From the NCBI GenBank assembly GCA_026129335.1, contig JAHCIH010000001.1, forward strand, positions 92,678 to 156,677: a DNA stretch of 64,000 nt. The letters run 5' to 3'. Within the stretch, counting starts at the first letter, position 1; the number at the start of each line of letters is the position of its first letter. The notes under the pieces were generated by a model. The model was not told where the DNA came from. It saw nothing but the letters and a program-made list of their open reading frames with translations, and searched no databases. Of the stretch, positions 52,741-64,000 are shown one piece after another. The translations under genes and the position numbers were made by a program. This DNA comes from Anaerolineales bacterium. GTDB lineage: Bacteria; Chloroflexota; Anaerolineae; Anaerolineales; UBA11579.

Positions 52741-53145
52741 ATGCAAGACCAAAGGAAACAAATCGTGCGGGACCTGTTCGCGGCCTTCAACGCCAACCAG
52801 ATCGAAGACCTGGTGGGCAGGCTGCTGGCCGAAGACCTGGCCTACCGCGGCCCGGGCCGCGCTGGCGGAGCGGATGCCTGGCTCACCGCCTGGCGCGAGA
52901 CCCAGGTTACTTTCCCCGGCTCTCAATTCGAGATCACCACGCAGACCGTGGACGGGGATACGGTGACCAGTGAGTTCACCTTCTCAGGCACGCATCAGGG
53001 CAACCTGGCCGGCTTCGAGCCGACCGGCAAGAGCTTCCAGGTGAGCGGCCAGTCGGTCACCGTCTTCAATGGAGAGCAGATCGTCGCCATCGAAGAATCG
53101 ATCGACGGCGCTGCCCTGTTCAGCCAGTTGGGCCTCAGTCCCTAA
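52741..53145 (+). CDS. SnoaL-like / ester-cyclase (NTF2-fold) protein
   Basis: 134 aa with FTFSGTHQGNLAGFEPTGKSF, typical of ester-cyclase-type SnoaL proteins. An AAAGGAG RBS precedes the start. Confidence 0.7.
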   Translation: MQDQRKQIVRDLFAAFNANQIEDLVGRLLAEDLAYRGPGRAGGADAWLTAWRETQVTFPGSQFEITTQTVDGDTVTSEFTFSGTHQGNLAGFEPTGKSFQVSGQSVTVFNGEQIVAIEESIDGAALFSQLGLSP

Positions 53146-53167
53146 CGCCCAGTTGGCTCATCGGGCG

Positions 53168-53207
53168 AGACCGCGCGGCGCGCAAGCGCCGCGCGGTCTG
53201 TTTAATT
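53168..53207 (+). terminator. GC-rich 14-bp stem hairpin after the SnoaL-like gene
   Basis: AGACCGCGCGGCGC-GCAA-GCGCCGCGCGGTCT followed by GTTTAATT, a weak T-tract. Confidence 0.6.
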
Positions 53208-53336
53208 CCCCTGCCCCCAATTTCGGTTTCCCTATACAAAAGCGAATTTGGTAGAATCAAACCGTTGTTGGGAACTGCCGTGCTGACCCTCAGCACGGCG
53301 TTTTTCCAACAAGAACGGAGATACACCTTGGCTGGA

Positions 53337-55844
<2,508 letters not shown>

Positions 55845-55859
55845 ACTGACTGCAACCTG

Positions 55860-55891
55860 CTGAGCGCCCAACACTTGGGCGCTCAGTTGTT
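55860..55891 (+). terminator. rho-independent terminator after clpC
   Basis: CTGAGCGCCCAA-CAC-TTGGGCGCTCAG followed by TTGTT. Confidence 0.7.
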
Positions 55892-55931
55892 AATCGTCTG
55901 CCTGCGGCTTAGTATGCTACATTGATAGGGT

Positions 55932-56360
55932 ATGGCCGAGAAAATCAATTCCCAGCAGTTTGCCGCCCTGATGCAACGTCTGGCGGGGGCATGGGGTACG
56001 CAGAACACCGAGGATGCGCTGGCCTGCTTCACAGCGGATGCAGTCTACATGCAGCCGCCGGATGTGCAGTTCTACACTGGCCACGAGCAGTTGCGCGCCT
56101 ACTTTGGTGCGCTCAGCCCGGGAACGTATTTGCATTACCAGAATTTGTGGTTCGATGAGCAGCAGCAAATCGGCTGTGCCGAGTTCTCTTTCGGTGTGGC
56201 CGGCAAACCCAAGGCAGACCACGGAACTTTCGTAATTGAACTGCGCGATGGCCTTATCGCTCATTGGCGGGAGTACGTGCAAAAAGGCCCTGCTGATTTT
56301 GAAGACTTTCGGTCACACGATGGCAAAGAATGGCAGTGGCACATCGGGAATTATCGATGA
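55932..56360 (+). CDS. NTF2-fold / SnoaL-like domain protein
   Basis: 142 aa. The patterns FTADAVYMQPP and AHWREY are typical of SnoaL-like proteins. Confidence 0.6.
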   Translation: MAEKINSQQFAALMQRLAGAWGTQNTEDALACFTADAVYMQPPDVQFYTGHEQLRAYFGALSPGTYLHYQNLWFDEQQQIGCAEFSFGVAGKPKADHGTFVIELRDGLIAHWREYVQKGPADFEDFRSHDGKEWQWHIGNYR

Positions 56361-56746
56361 AGATCAAGGGGATCGCCTGGATAGGCATAGTTAGCGATGA
56401 CTCCGCAGTACGTGATTTTTATACCCATACATTGCAATTGAAATTGTTGGATGAAGCACAGGATTACGTCTACTATGCGGTGGATGAAGTCGCCCGGCTT
56501 GAAATCCTCGCCAGTGCCTCGCGCACAGCCGCCCAGCAGCGGCCGGATGCTCCGGCGATCGGCTTCCTGGTGGATGATTTGGATGAAAGCGTGGCCGAGT
56601 TGAGCGCGCAAGGCGTTCAACTGCTGACGGATATCAAAGAATGGCGCTCCGGCGAGATACTGCATCGCTGGGTCTATTTCGCCGACCCTGGCGGAAATAT
56701 CTTGCTCCTGCTGGAACGTCACGGCGATGAGCAGGCAGGTGAATGA
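56357..56746 (+). CDS. VOC (glyoxalase) family protein
   Basis: Has GIAWIGIVSDD ... FYTHTLQL ... FADPGGNILLLLE. Its ATGA overlaps the upstream gene. Confidence 0.75.
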   Translation: MKIKGIAWIGIVSDDSAVRDFYTHTLQLKLLDEAQDYVYYAVDEVARLEILASASRTAAQQRPDAPAIGFLVDDLDESVAELSAQGVQLLTDIKEWRSGEILHRWVYFADPGGNILLLLERHGDEQAGE

Positions 56747-56808
56747 GCCGGGCTTCGTCGAATAGCCACTAGATAGATTATTTGTTCTATTTGTTGTACA
56801 ATGGCGCC

Positions 56809-57306
56809 ATGAACATACTGGAGCGCTTCCTGGGCCACGACCTGGACAGCACGCGTGAATTGCTGGAGCTCTGCCTGCCGTTGAGCGATGAGCAGCTGGA
56901 CCGCCGTTTTGATGCTGGCTGGGGCACGCTGCGGCTGACCTTCGAGCACATGATCGCCAATATCGAGGTGTGGAGCGACCTGATGCAGGAGCGCCCCGTG
57001 CGCACCGACCCGCGGCCCAACTCGGCGCTGGACCTGCTCTTCCGTCTCGAAGCTGCTTATAGTGACTTTGCCGCCTTCGCCCTGCAAGCTGAGCGCGAAG
57101 GCCGCCTGGATGCGCTCTTCAGCGATGTGTTGGACCGACCGCCCCAGCAGAAGACGGTCGGCGGCGCCATCGGCCACCTGATCACCCATAACATGCACCA
57201 CCGCGCCGAGTTGCTGCATATGCTCCACCGCCTGGGTCTGCCCGGCGAGCTGCCCGAGGGCGACCTGATGGGCTGGGAGATGCGCCGCGGCGTGCTGCAA
57301 GGATAA
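56809..57306 (+). CDS. DinB family (four-helix bundle metal-binding) protein
   Basis: Has TFEHMIANIEVW and HLITHNMHHRAELLHML, the His triad pattern of DinB/YfiT proteins. Confidence 0.75.
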   Translation: MNILERFLGHDLDSTRELLELCLPLSDEQLDRRFDAGWGTLRLTFEHMIANIEVWSDLMQERPVRTDPRPNSALDLLFRLEAAYSDFAAFALQAEREGRLDALFSDVLDRPPQQKTVGGAIGHLITHNMHHRAELLHMLHRLGLPGELPEGDLMGWEMRRGVLQG

Positions 57307-57310
57307 ACCC

Positions 57311-58699
57311 ATGGCCAGGACCATCACGCAATACAAGTGCACTGCCTGCGGGCGGGCGGCGGCCAAACCGCTGGGCCGCTGCCCGGGCTGCGGCGAGTGG
57401 AACACCTACGCCGAAGAGATGCTGGAAAGCCGCGGCCCGCGGCGCACGGCCGCCAACGGATCAGTGACCCGGGCTAAGCCACAGCCACTGGCCGAGATCG
57501 AGGGTGGCGCCGAAAACGAACGCCTGGCGCTCTCCATCGGTGAGTTCGGGCGCGTGCTGGGCGGCGGCGTAGTGCCCGGCTCGCTGGTGCTGCTGGGCGG
57601 CGACCCCGGCATCGGCAAGAGCACCCTGCTGCTGCAAACCGCCATCGAACTGGCCCCCGAAGGGCGGGTGCTTTACGTCTCCGGCGAAGAGTCGCCGGGC
57701 CAGATAAAAATGCGTGCAGAACGCTTGCGAGGTTCTGCCACTGAACGGCCGCTGCCCGATGGGCTGCTCTTGGTCACCGAGACCAACGTCGAAGCTATTT
57801 TGGCGCACGTCGAGACCGTCAAGCCGCGCGTGTTGATCATCGATTCCATCCAGACGGTCTATGACCCGGCCGTGGACTCCTCGGCCGGGTCGGTGACCCA
57901 GCTGCGCGAGTGTAGCGACCGTTTCCGCCAACTCGCTAAAAGCAGCGGTCTGGCCGTCTTCCTCATCGGCCATGTGACCAAAGAGGGCGTCATCGCCGGG
58001 CCGCGCCTGCTGGAGCACATGGTGGATACCGTGCTCTACCTCGAGGGCGATCGCTTCCACAGCTATCGGCTGCTGCGAGCGGTGAAGAACCGCTTCGGCG
58101 CCACCGACGAAGTCGGCGTCTTCGAGATGCGCGGCCAGGGTTTGCACGAGGTGCCTAATCCGTCAGAAGCCTTCCTCGCCGAGCGGGTGGTCAACGCGCC
58201 GGGCTCGGCCATCGCCGTGACCATGGAGGGCACCCGCCCGCTGCTGGTCGAGGTGCAGGGGCTGACCAGCCCCTCGGCCTTCGGCAACCCGCGGCGCTCC
58301 GGCAATGGCGTGGACCTCAACCGCCTGCTGCTGATCACCGCCGTGCTCACCCGCCGGCTTGGCCTGCGCCTGGGCGACCAGGACGTCTTCGTCAATGTGG
58401 TCGGCGGGCTGCGCATCGGCGAGCCCGCCGCCGACCTGGCACTGGCCGCGGCGATCTACTCCTCGGCCAAGGACCTGCCGCTGCGCGCCGACACCGTGCT
58501 GATCGGCGAAGTGGGCCTCAGCGGCGAGCTGCGCGCCGCGCCGCAGTTGGCCGCGCGGCTCAAAGAAGCCGCCGCGCTGGGCTTCAAGACAGCGGTGCTG
58601 CCCAAGCGCTTGCGGGCGGGCGAGGAATTGCCCAAGGGTATCGAGATCAAAGAAGCGCGCACGCTGCGCGAGGCGTTGGAATTCGGGGCTAAGAACTAG
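57311..58699 (+). CDS. radA: DNA repair protein RadA (Sms)
   Basis: N-terminal zinc ribbon CTACGRAAAKPLGRCPGCGEW, Walker A GGDPGIGKST, the KNRFG motif, and a Lon-like C-terminal domain. Confidence 0.93.
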   Translation: MARTITQYKCTACGRAAAKPLGRCPGCGEWNTYAEEMLESRGPRRTAANGSVTRAKPQPLAEIEGGAENERLALSIGEFGRVLGGGVVPGSLVLLGGDPGIGKSTLLLQTAIELAPEGRVLYVSGEESPGQIKMRAERLRGSATERPLPDGLLLVTETNVEAILAHVETVKPRVLIIDSIQTVYDPAVDSSAGSVTQLRECSDRFRQLAKSSGLAVFLIGHVTKEGVIAGPRLLEHMVDTVLYLEGDRFHSYRLLRAVKNRFGATDEVGVFEMRGQGLHEVPNPSEAFLAERVVNAPGSAIAVTMEGTRPLLVEVQGLTSPSAFGNPRRSGNGVDLNRLLLITAVLTRRLGLRLGDQDVFVNVVGGLRIGEPAADLALAAAIYSSAKDLPLRADTVLIGEVGLSGELRAAPQLAARLKEAAALGFKTAVLPKRLRAGEELPKGIEIKEARTLREALEFGAKN

Positions 58700-59468
58700 C
58701 TCGCTGGCGCACGATTTCAAACAGCAAAATACTGCCCGCGGCGGCCACGTTGAGCGATTCGGCTCCGCCGGGCATGGGGATGTGCAACGGCTGCGGCGCC
58801 AGGGCGCGGGCCGCAGCGCTGGCGCCGTGCGCCTCGCCGCCCAGCAGCAGCGCCAGCGGTTGGCGCAGGTCGTGCTCGTAGTAGGCGGGCCCTTCCCCCG
58901 CCGCGGCGAGCAAGGGCTGCAGCTTGTGCGCCGCCAGCACCGCGGCGATCTCCTCCCAGCTTTGCGATAATACCGGCAGGCGGAAGTGAGCGCCCATGCC
59001 GCCGCGCAGCACCTTGGGGCCATAGGCGTCGGCGCAGCCCGGAGCCAGCAGCACGGCCCCGCAGCCGGCGGCTGCCGCGCTGCGCAGCAGCGTACCCAGG
59101 TTGCCGGGGTCGGCCACGCCGTCCAGCACCAGCACGAAATCCAAGTTGGCCGGTAGGGCGGGCGGCTGCAGCGCCAGCTGCAGCAGGATGCCCTGCGGAG
59201 TCTGCGTGTCGGCGGCAGCCTTCATCACCGCCTCCGAGACCAGCTCGACGGTCGCACCGCGAGCGGCCAGCTCGCGCAGCAGCCGCGGCTCGGCGGCGGC
59301 CAGTTCCTCGGTGTGCAAGGCCAGGCGCAGCGGCCAGCCGGAGAGCAGCGCTTCGCGGGCCAGGCGCACGCCCTCGACCACGAAGGCGCCGGCCCCCTTG
59401 CGCCGCTTGGTCTGGCGCAGCAGGGCGCGGGTCTCCTGGACTTTAGCGTTTTGCGCGGAGCGGATCAC
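58689..59468 (-). CDS. TrmH/SpoU family RNA 2-prime-O-methyltransferase (RlmB-like)
   Basis: Has DGVADPGNLGTLLRSAAA, LLLGGEAHG and IPMPGGAESLNVAAAGSI. Its 3-prime end overlaps the radA end by 11 nt (convergent). Confidence 0.88.
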   Translation of the reverse strand: MIRSAQNAKVQETRALLRQTKRRKGAGAFVVEGVRLAREALLSGWPLRLALHTEELAAAEPRLLRELAARGATVELVSEAVMKAAADTQTPQGILLQLALQPPALPANLDFVLVLDGVADPGNLGTLLRSAAAAGCGAVLLAPGCADAYGPKVLRGGMGAHFRLPVLSQSWEEIAAVLAAHKLQPLLAAAGEGPAYYEHDLRQPLALLLGGEAHGASAAARALAPQPLHIPMPGGAESLNVAAAGSILLFEIVRQRASS

Positions 59469-59528
59469 CCCGTCATTCTAATTCAGAGCCGGTGTTAGAA
59501 TGCCGCCATCCGACCCCGAGAGGTGCCC

Positions 59529-60632
59529 ATGCCTGACCCGCGCGTCCAAAAACTTGCCCAAACCCTGGTGGACTATTCCGTCGCGGTGAAACCCGGCGAC
59601 TGGGTGGTGATCGCCAGCCACCCCCTGGCCGAGCCGCTGACCAGCGAGGTGCTGCGTTATGTATTGCGGGCAGGCGGCAAACCCAGCATGCTGATGAACC
59701 TGCCATCCACCAGCCAGATATTCCTGGAAGAGGCCAGCGAGGAGCAGCTCAAGTGGCTCTCGCCTTTCGAGCGCCTGCCCTTCGAACAGGCGGACGTTTT
59801 CATGAATATCGAGGCCACCAGCAATACGCGCAGCCTGAGCATGGTGGACACCCAAAAGCAGCAAACCCGCTCGCTGGCGCGCAGCGAGATCATGCAGACC
59901 TACATGCGGCGCAGCGCCAGCGGTGAACTGCGTTGGACGCTGACCCAGTTCCCCTGCAACGCCTTCGCCCAGGAAGCCGACATGAGCCTAAGCGACTACG
60001 AGGACTTCGTCTACCAGGCCTGCAAGGTGGATCAGCCAGACCCGGTCAAACTGTGGAACGACATCGAGGCCGACCAGGCGCGCCTGGTGGAGTGGCTGGC
60101 GGGCAGGAAGAAAGTCGAGCTGCGCAGCGCAAATATTGACCTGACCCTGTCCATCGAGGGGCGTACATTCATCAATTCGACCGCCAAGCACAACATGCCC
60201 GGATCGGAGATCTTCACTGGCCCGGTGGAAGATTCGGCGCAGGGTTGGGTAAAGTTCACCTACCCGGCGATCCGCCTGGGCAACGAGGTGGACGGCATCC
60301 GCCTGGAGTTCAAAGACGGCAAGGTGGTGGCGGCCAGCGCCGAGAAGAACGAGGACTATCTGCTGAAGATGCTCGACCAGGACGAAGGCGCCCGCTTCCT
60401 GGGCGAACTGGGCATCGGCACCAACTTCGGCATCGATCGCTTCACCAAGAGCATCTTGTACGATGAGAAGATGGGCGGCACCATCCACCTGGCGCTGGGC
60501 GCCAGCTATCCGGAGACCGGCGGCAAAAATCAGTCGGCGCTGCACTGGGACATGATCTGTGACATGCGCCAGGACAGCGAGATCCGCGTGGACGGCGAGC
60601 TGTTCTACAAGGATGGGCAGTTTCAGGTGTAG
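59529..60632 (+). CDS. aminopeptidase, M29 (AmpS/PepS) family
   Basis: Has LAQTLVDYSV..KPGD, NMPGSEIFTGP, LGELGIGTN and ALHWDM. I prefer the ATG at 59529 over the GTG at 59523. Confidence 0.85.
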   Translation: MPDPRVQKLAQTLVDYSVAVKPGDWVVIASHPLAEPLTSEVLRYVLRAGGKPSMLMNLPSTSQIFLEEASEEQLKWLSPFERLPFEQADVFMNIEATSNTRSLSMVDTQKQQTRSLARSEIMQTYMRRSASGELRWTLTQFPCNAFAQEADMSLSDYEDFVYQACKVDQPDPVKLWNDIEADQARLVEWLAGRKKVELRSANIDLTLSIEGRTFINSTAKHNMPGSEIFTGPVEDSAQGWVKFTYPAIRLGNEVDGIRLEFKDGKVVAASAEKNEDYLLKMLDQDEGARFLGELGIGTNFGIDRFTKSILYDEKMGGTIHLALGASYPETGGKNQSALHWDMICDMRQDSEIRVDGELFYKDGQFQV

Positions 60633-60731
60633 GAATCAGCCGGCGCGATGCGTCCCATCGGCGGCATTGTACGGACGAGACGAATTGACTGCACTCACCC
60701 TGGGTAATAAAATATGGGCAAGAGGCCATAA

Positions 60732-61103
60732 ATGAAGACAAGCACCACGAAAAAGCCCCGCGTCTACGCGATAAGTTTTGCCAGCGTGTACCCCATGTAT
60801 ATCGCCAAGGCGGAGAAAAAAGAGCGCACCAAAGCGGAGGTGGATAAAGTCATCCGTTGGCTCACTGGCTATAGCCAAAGGCAAATGGAGAGCCAGATCA
60901 AGAAGCAGACCGATCTTGAGACCTTCTTTGCCGATGCACCTCAGCTGAACCCGGCCCGCTCGCAAATCACCGGAGTGATTTGCGGCGTTCGCCTCGAGGA
61001 GATTGAAGACGACACGATGCGCGAAATTCGCTATATGGACAAATTGGTCGATGAACTGGCCAGGGGCAGGCCCATGGAGAAAATCCTGCGCCAGCCTGTC
61101 TAA
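60732..61103 (+). CDS. DUF2200-like small protein
   Basis: [32 protein letters not shown] resembles the DUF2200 family as I remember it. Confidence 0.6.
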   Translation: MKTSTTKKPRVYAISFASVYPMYIAKAEKKERTKAEVDKVIRWLTGYSQRQMESQIKKQTDLETFFADAPQLNPARSQITGVICGVRLEEIEDDTMREIRYMDKLVDELARGRPMEKILRQPV

Positions 61104-61112
61104 GGAGACAAA

Positions 61113-61146
61113 AAGAGGCCCGCTGAAAGCGGGCCTCTTTTTTATC
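61113..61146. terminator. bidirectional rho-independent terminator
   Basis: AAAAGAGGCCCGC-TGAAA-GCGGGCCTCTTTTTTAT between the convergent DUF2200 gene and rplT. Confidence 0.85.
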
Positions 61147-61159
61147 GTCGGGCTAAAGC

Positions 61160-61504
61160 CTAGTTGCTCTGCTGCACCAAGGCCTTGAACGCCTGCGGGT
61201 CGTGCACGGCGATCTCGGCCAGCATCTTGCGGTTCACGCCGATATTGGCCTTCTTGAAGGCGCTCATCAGGCGGCTGTAGCTGGTGCCGTTCAGGCGGGC
61301 GGCGGCGTTGATCCGCGTGATCCACAGGCTGCGCAGGTCGCGCTTGCGGTTGCGGCGGTCACGGTAGGCGTACCACAGGCTCTTCAGCATGGCCTCGTTG
61401 GCGCGCTTGAAAAGCTTGGAGCGCGTGCCGAACTGACCCTTGGTGGCCTTGAGCACTTTTTGATGCCGCTTGCGGCGGGTGATGCCGGTCTTTACTCTTG
61501 CCAT
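61160..61504 (-). CDS. rplT: 50S ribosomal protein L20
   Basis: [26 protein letters not shown] ... canonical L20. Confidence 0.95.
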   Translation of the reverse strand: MARVKTGITRRKRHQKVLKATKGQFGTRSKLFKRANEAMLKSLWYAYRDRRNRKRDLRSLWITRINAAARLNGTSYSRLMSAFKKANIGVNRKMLAEIAVHDPQAFKALVQQSN

Positions 61505-61512
61505 GATTCCTC

Positions 61513-61743
61513 TTACTTCGCCGTGTGCGTGCTGGGGTTGGCGCGGTACTTATGCATGTACGGCGCCAGGCGGCGGATGCGTTTGATAAAGCCTTTGCCC
61601 TTCACCGGGATCATCTCGGAGAACAGGGCCTTGGTGCGGGCAGATGTGCGCCGGCGCAAGTGGCTCTTGCCGCCCTTGGTGCGCACCAACTTGCCGGAAC
61701 CGGTCAAGCGGAAGCGCTTGGCCGTGGCTTTGTGGGTCTTCAT
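61513..61743 (-). CDS. rpmI: 50S ribosomal protein L35
   Basis: [29 protein letters not shown] ... canonical L35 start. The track start at 61764 adds 7 codons. Confidence 0.88.
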   Translation of the reverse strand: MKTHKATAKRFRLTGSGKLVRTKGGKSHLRRRTSARTKALFSEMIPVKGKGFIKRIRRLAPYMHKYRANPSTHTAK

Positions 61744-61774
61744 GCGAAATTTCTTTACTGCCACGCTCTAACTC

Positions 61775-62503
61775 CTACTCTGCCTGTTTTTCGGCAGGTT
61801 TTTCTTCTTTCTTGGCCGCCGGTTTCTTGGCAGCGGCCGGCTTCTTCTCCGCGGCGGGCTTCTTGGCCGCGGTCGCTTTGGTGGGTTCCGCCTTCGCCTT
61901 GGCCGCAGGCTTGGCTTTCTCTTCCTGCGGGGCCGCTTCGGCTTCCGCTTCACCGTCCTGCGGCGCCTCGGCCTTGGGGGCCTTGGCGGCGCCTTCGCTG
62001 GGGGCCAGCACCATCAGCAGGGTGCGGCCCTCAAAGGCCGGCGCCTGCTCGATGAACGACACATCTTCCAGCTCGGCGGCGATCTCCTTCAAGTCCTGCA
62101 GGGCGATTTCGGGATAATCACGCTCACGACCGCGGAAGCGGATGCGCACGCGCACTTTCTTGCCATCCTGCAGCCAGCCGCGCGCCGCCTTGGTCTTGAA
62201 GCCGCGGTGGTGCTCGGTGGTCTTGGGGCGCAGGCGGATCTCTTTGATCTCGATCTTCTTCTGCGCCTTGCGCGCCTCACGCTCCTTCTTGGTGCGCTCG
62301 TAGGTAAACTTGCCGTAACTGACTACCCGGCAAACCGGAGGGTTGGAGTTTGGGGCTACTTCCACCAGGTCCAGCCCGGCGGCTTCGGCGATGCGCAGCG
62401 CTTCTTCGATGGAAACCACGCCACGGTTTTCGCCGTCGCCGTCAATCAGACGGACCTCTTTTGCGCGAATGGCTCTATTTACCCGGTAATCAGATGTGCT
62501 AAT
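61775..62503 (-). CDS. infC: translation initiation factor IF-3 with an ATT start codon and a roughly 70-aa Lys/Ala/Pro/Glu-rich C-terminal extension
   Basis: Upstream of the track start, the frame reads ATT-AGC-ACA... = (M)STSDYRVNRAIRAKEVRLIDGDGENRGVVSIEEAL, the conserved IF3 N-domain. An AAGGAG RBS lies 9 nt before the ATT at 62503..62501. No ATG, GTG or TTG is available there. Confidence 0.85.
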   Translation of the reverse strand: MSTSDYRVNRAIRAKEVRLIDGDGENRGVVSIEEALRIAEAAGLDLVEVAPNSNPPVCRVVSYGKFTYERTKKEREARKAQKKIEIKEIRLRPKTTEHHRGFKTKAARGWLQDGKKVRVRIRFRGRERDYPEIALQDLKEIAAELEDVSFIEQAPAFEGRTLLMVLAPSEGAAKAPKAEAPQDGEAEAEAAPQEEKAKPAAKAKAEPTKATAAKKPAAEKKPAAAKKPAAKKEEKPAEKQAE

Positions 62504-62547
62504 CTGTGTCGTCTCCTTGCCGCTTGTTGCTCATAAGGGCGGGCCGC

Positions 62548-62577
62548 ATCATACCATACCCCTTGAACAGCCGTCAA
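62548..62577 (-). promoter_or_regulatory. sigma70-type promoter (extended -10) for infC-rpmI-rplT
   Basis: On the minus strand, TTGACG (62577..62572), an 18-nt spacer ending in TGG, then TATGAT (62553..62548). Confidence 0.6.
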
Positions 62578-62671
62578 TCGCGCGAATCGCCGCCTACTGA
62601 GCGAACCTTTTAGCCTGATTTTGTGTTCTTTTAGGTACAAGTTCGCCGTCGTTTTTCAGCAGGAGAAGAAG

Positions 62672-63049
62672 ATGGCCAGCCCTTACGCCATGGTCGTGGA
62701 AGACGACCCGCAGATCGCCGCCCTGTTCCAACTGGCCTTGCAGGATGCGGGCTACCAGACCGAAATCATGGACAATGGACATAAAGCCCAGGCCAACCTG
62801 GTCTTCACCGCGCCAGACCTGGTGCTGCTCGACCTGCACTTGCCCAGCCTGGACGGCAGCGTGCTGCTGCGCCAGATCCGCAGCCAGCACCGCCTGATGC
62901 ACACCCGCATCATACTGGTCACCGGCGACGCTGCCGGCGCCCAGCGCTTCGCCGGCCAGGTGGACAGCACGCTGCACAAGCCGGTGGGTTACGAGGAAGT
63001 GCACAGGGTGGCGCGCGAACTGATGCCGGTGTTTGTGGTTAGTAATTAG
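62672..63049 (+). CDS. single-domain response regulator (REC only)
   Basis: Has MVVEDDP and the phospho-acceptor context LVLLDLHLPSLDG. No output domain is present. An AGGAGAAGAAG RBS precedes the start. Confidence 0.85.
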   Translation: MASPYAMVVEDDPQIAALFQLALQDAGYQTEIMDNGHKAQANLVFTAPDLVLLDLHLPSLDGSVLLRQIRSQHRLMHTRIILVTGDAAGAQRFAGQVDSTLHKPVGYEEVHRVARELMPVFVVSN

Positions 63050-63100
63050 TAACTTGTAATTACAAGTTACTGATTACCAATCTCCAATCCCTGCCCCCTC
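63038..63100. repeat. AT-rich long palindrome (family 4), core 12+12 perfect inverted repeat AGTAACTTGTAA/TTACAAGTTACT
   Basis: The perfect palindrome lies at 63050..63073. Its flanks (TTAGTAATT / GATTACCAATCTCCAATC) resemble the element at 13345..13428. It sits between convergent genes. Confidence 0.65.
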
Positions 63101-64000
63101 TTACAAATCCACAGTCGCTGAATGGATTCCGGTCGCCCCGCTGGGCGCCGGGTTGCGCGGCATCAACTCTTGCAGGCGGCCGGCGCCGTCGTAGGCGCGC
63201 ACGCTGATCATGTGCCGCCCGCGGGCATACGGCCAACTGTGCCGCCAAAGTGTCCAAGTCAGCTGGCTGAGCTCCGGCTGGATCAGCCCGGCCTGCTCCC
63301 AGCCCTGGTTGTCCATCTGCACTTCCACCTTGCTGATGCCGCGTGCGCCCGCCCAGGCGATGCCCCCGCTGTGCACCAGGCCCTGCGGCCCCTGCTCACG
63401 GTCCACCATCACCGTGTCCACCACCGAGACGGTGTGCGGGATCGCTTCGCGGTCCCAGCCGCGGCGCACCCAATAGCCGTCCACGCGCTGCGAGACGAAC
63501 TCGATGTGGGTGATCCATTTGGGTTGCTTCATGCCGTAGCGGTTGGGGATGTAGATGCGCAGCGGGTAGCCGTGCTCTGGGGGCAGCGGTTCGCCGTTCA
63601 TCGCGTAGACCAGCAGGCAGCGCTCGTCCTGCAGATCGTCCAGGGCCACGAATTCGTCAAAGCCGTCCGCGGCGGAGATGTGCGCGCCGACCACGCTGGC
63701 GCCCAGGCCCACCTGACCCAACAGGTGGGGCAGCGGCACGCCGGTCCAGCGGCTGGAGGAAGTCAGGTCGCCGCCGATCGGGTTGGAGATGCACTGCATA
63801 GTCAATATCTGCGTGCGCGCTGGCAGATTGCGGATGTCGGCCAGGCTGAGCAGCAGCGGGTTATCCACCAGCCCGTTGATCTGCACCTGCCAGTCCGCTT
63901 CGTCCAGCCGCGGCGGCCGGGTGTTGATGTCTATGCGGTAGAAGTCGTCGTTAGCGGTCAGCTCGGCCCGGGTGCCCGGCACCGCGGCCGAACGGGCGGC
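63101..64000 (-). CDS. molybdopterin-dependent oxidoreductase (sulfite-oxidase family), C-terminal part; the gene continues past the right edge
   Basis: Has W.V.I.G.V motif (DWQVQINGLVDNPLLLSLADI), the Mo-ligand context TMQCISNPIGG, RWTGVPL, YAMNGEPLPPEHGYPLR, and an Ig-like C-terminal domain. The frame is open to nt 64000. Confidence 0.85.
   Translation of the reverse strand, partial: AARSAAVPGTRAELTANDDFYRIDINTRPPRLDEADWQVQINGLVDNPLLLSLADIRNLPARTQILTMQCISNPIGGDLTSSSRWTGVPLPHLLGQVGLGASVVGAHISAADGFDEFVALDDLQDERCLLVYAMNGEPLPPEHGYPLRIYIPNRYGMKQPKWITHIEFVSQRVDGYWVRRGWDREAIPHTVSVVDTVMVDREQGPQGLVHSGGIAWAGARGISKVEVQMDNQGWEQAGLIQPELSQLTWTLWRHSWPYARGRHMISVRAYDGAGRLQELMPRNPAPSGATGIHSATVDL

Noticed and set aside
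61780-61990. Tandem-looking DNA repeats (GGCTTCTTGGC / GCCGCGG variants) that might suggest a VNTR or CRISPR-like array.
   Set aside because: They are the coding sequence of the Lys/Ala/Pro-rich IF3 tail. There is no repeat-spacer periodicity.

Overview
High-GC (about two-thirds G+C by eye) bacterial chromosomal window, densely coding. Gene content, a T-box leader and GC-rich palindromic intergenic repeats are compatible with a Chloroflexota-like organism (inference only). I call about 70 protein genes, mostly housekeeping or metabolic: an M16 peptidase pair, a nirK operon, thrS, ADP-forming acetyl-CoA synthetase, rimI-tsaB-tsaE, rpsA, clpC, radA and infC-rpmI-rplT. A roughly 15 kb co-directional, translationally coupled glycan/cell-envelope cluster lies at 25741..40620. 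One tRNA-Val(GAC) is present. I found no CRISPR array, transposase or integrase. Observations worth a second look: (1) a ChlI-like AAA+ gene ends in A_AAA_AAG-TAG inside an A10 run, and the -1 frame stays open into a ChlD-type VWA ORF that has no start signal of its own, so frameshifting or slippage could yield two chelatase subunits from one locus; (2) a single orphan gene of roughly 30% G+C sits between 65% G+C flanks; (3) nirK, encoding a cupredoxin-fused nitrite reductase, is followed by four uncharacterised small genes, including tandem 4-TM paralogues with a shared His/Trp motif; (4) a Thr-specific T-box leader with its own promoter and terminator precedes a thrS that lacks the TGS domain; (5) at least four families of dispersed intergenic hairpin repeats occur; (6) a PadR module carries two membrane paralogues with a shared N-terminal domain; (7) a B12-binding-like protein is translationally coupled to an opine-dehydrogenase-family gene. 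All calls come from reading the ORF translations and the DNA by eye, with no database search.
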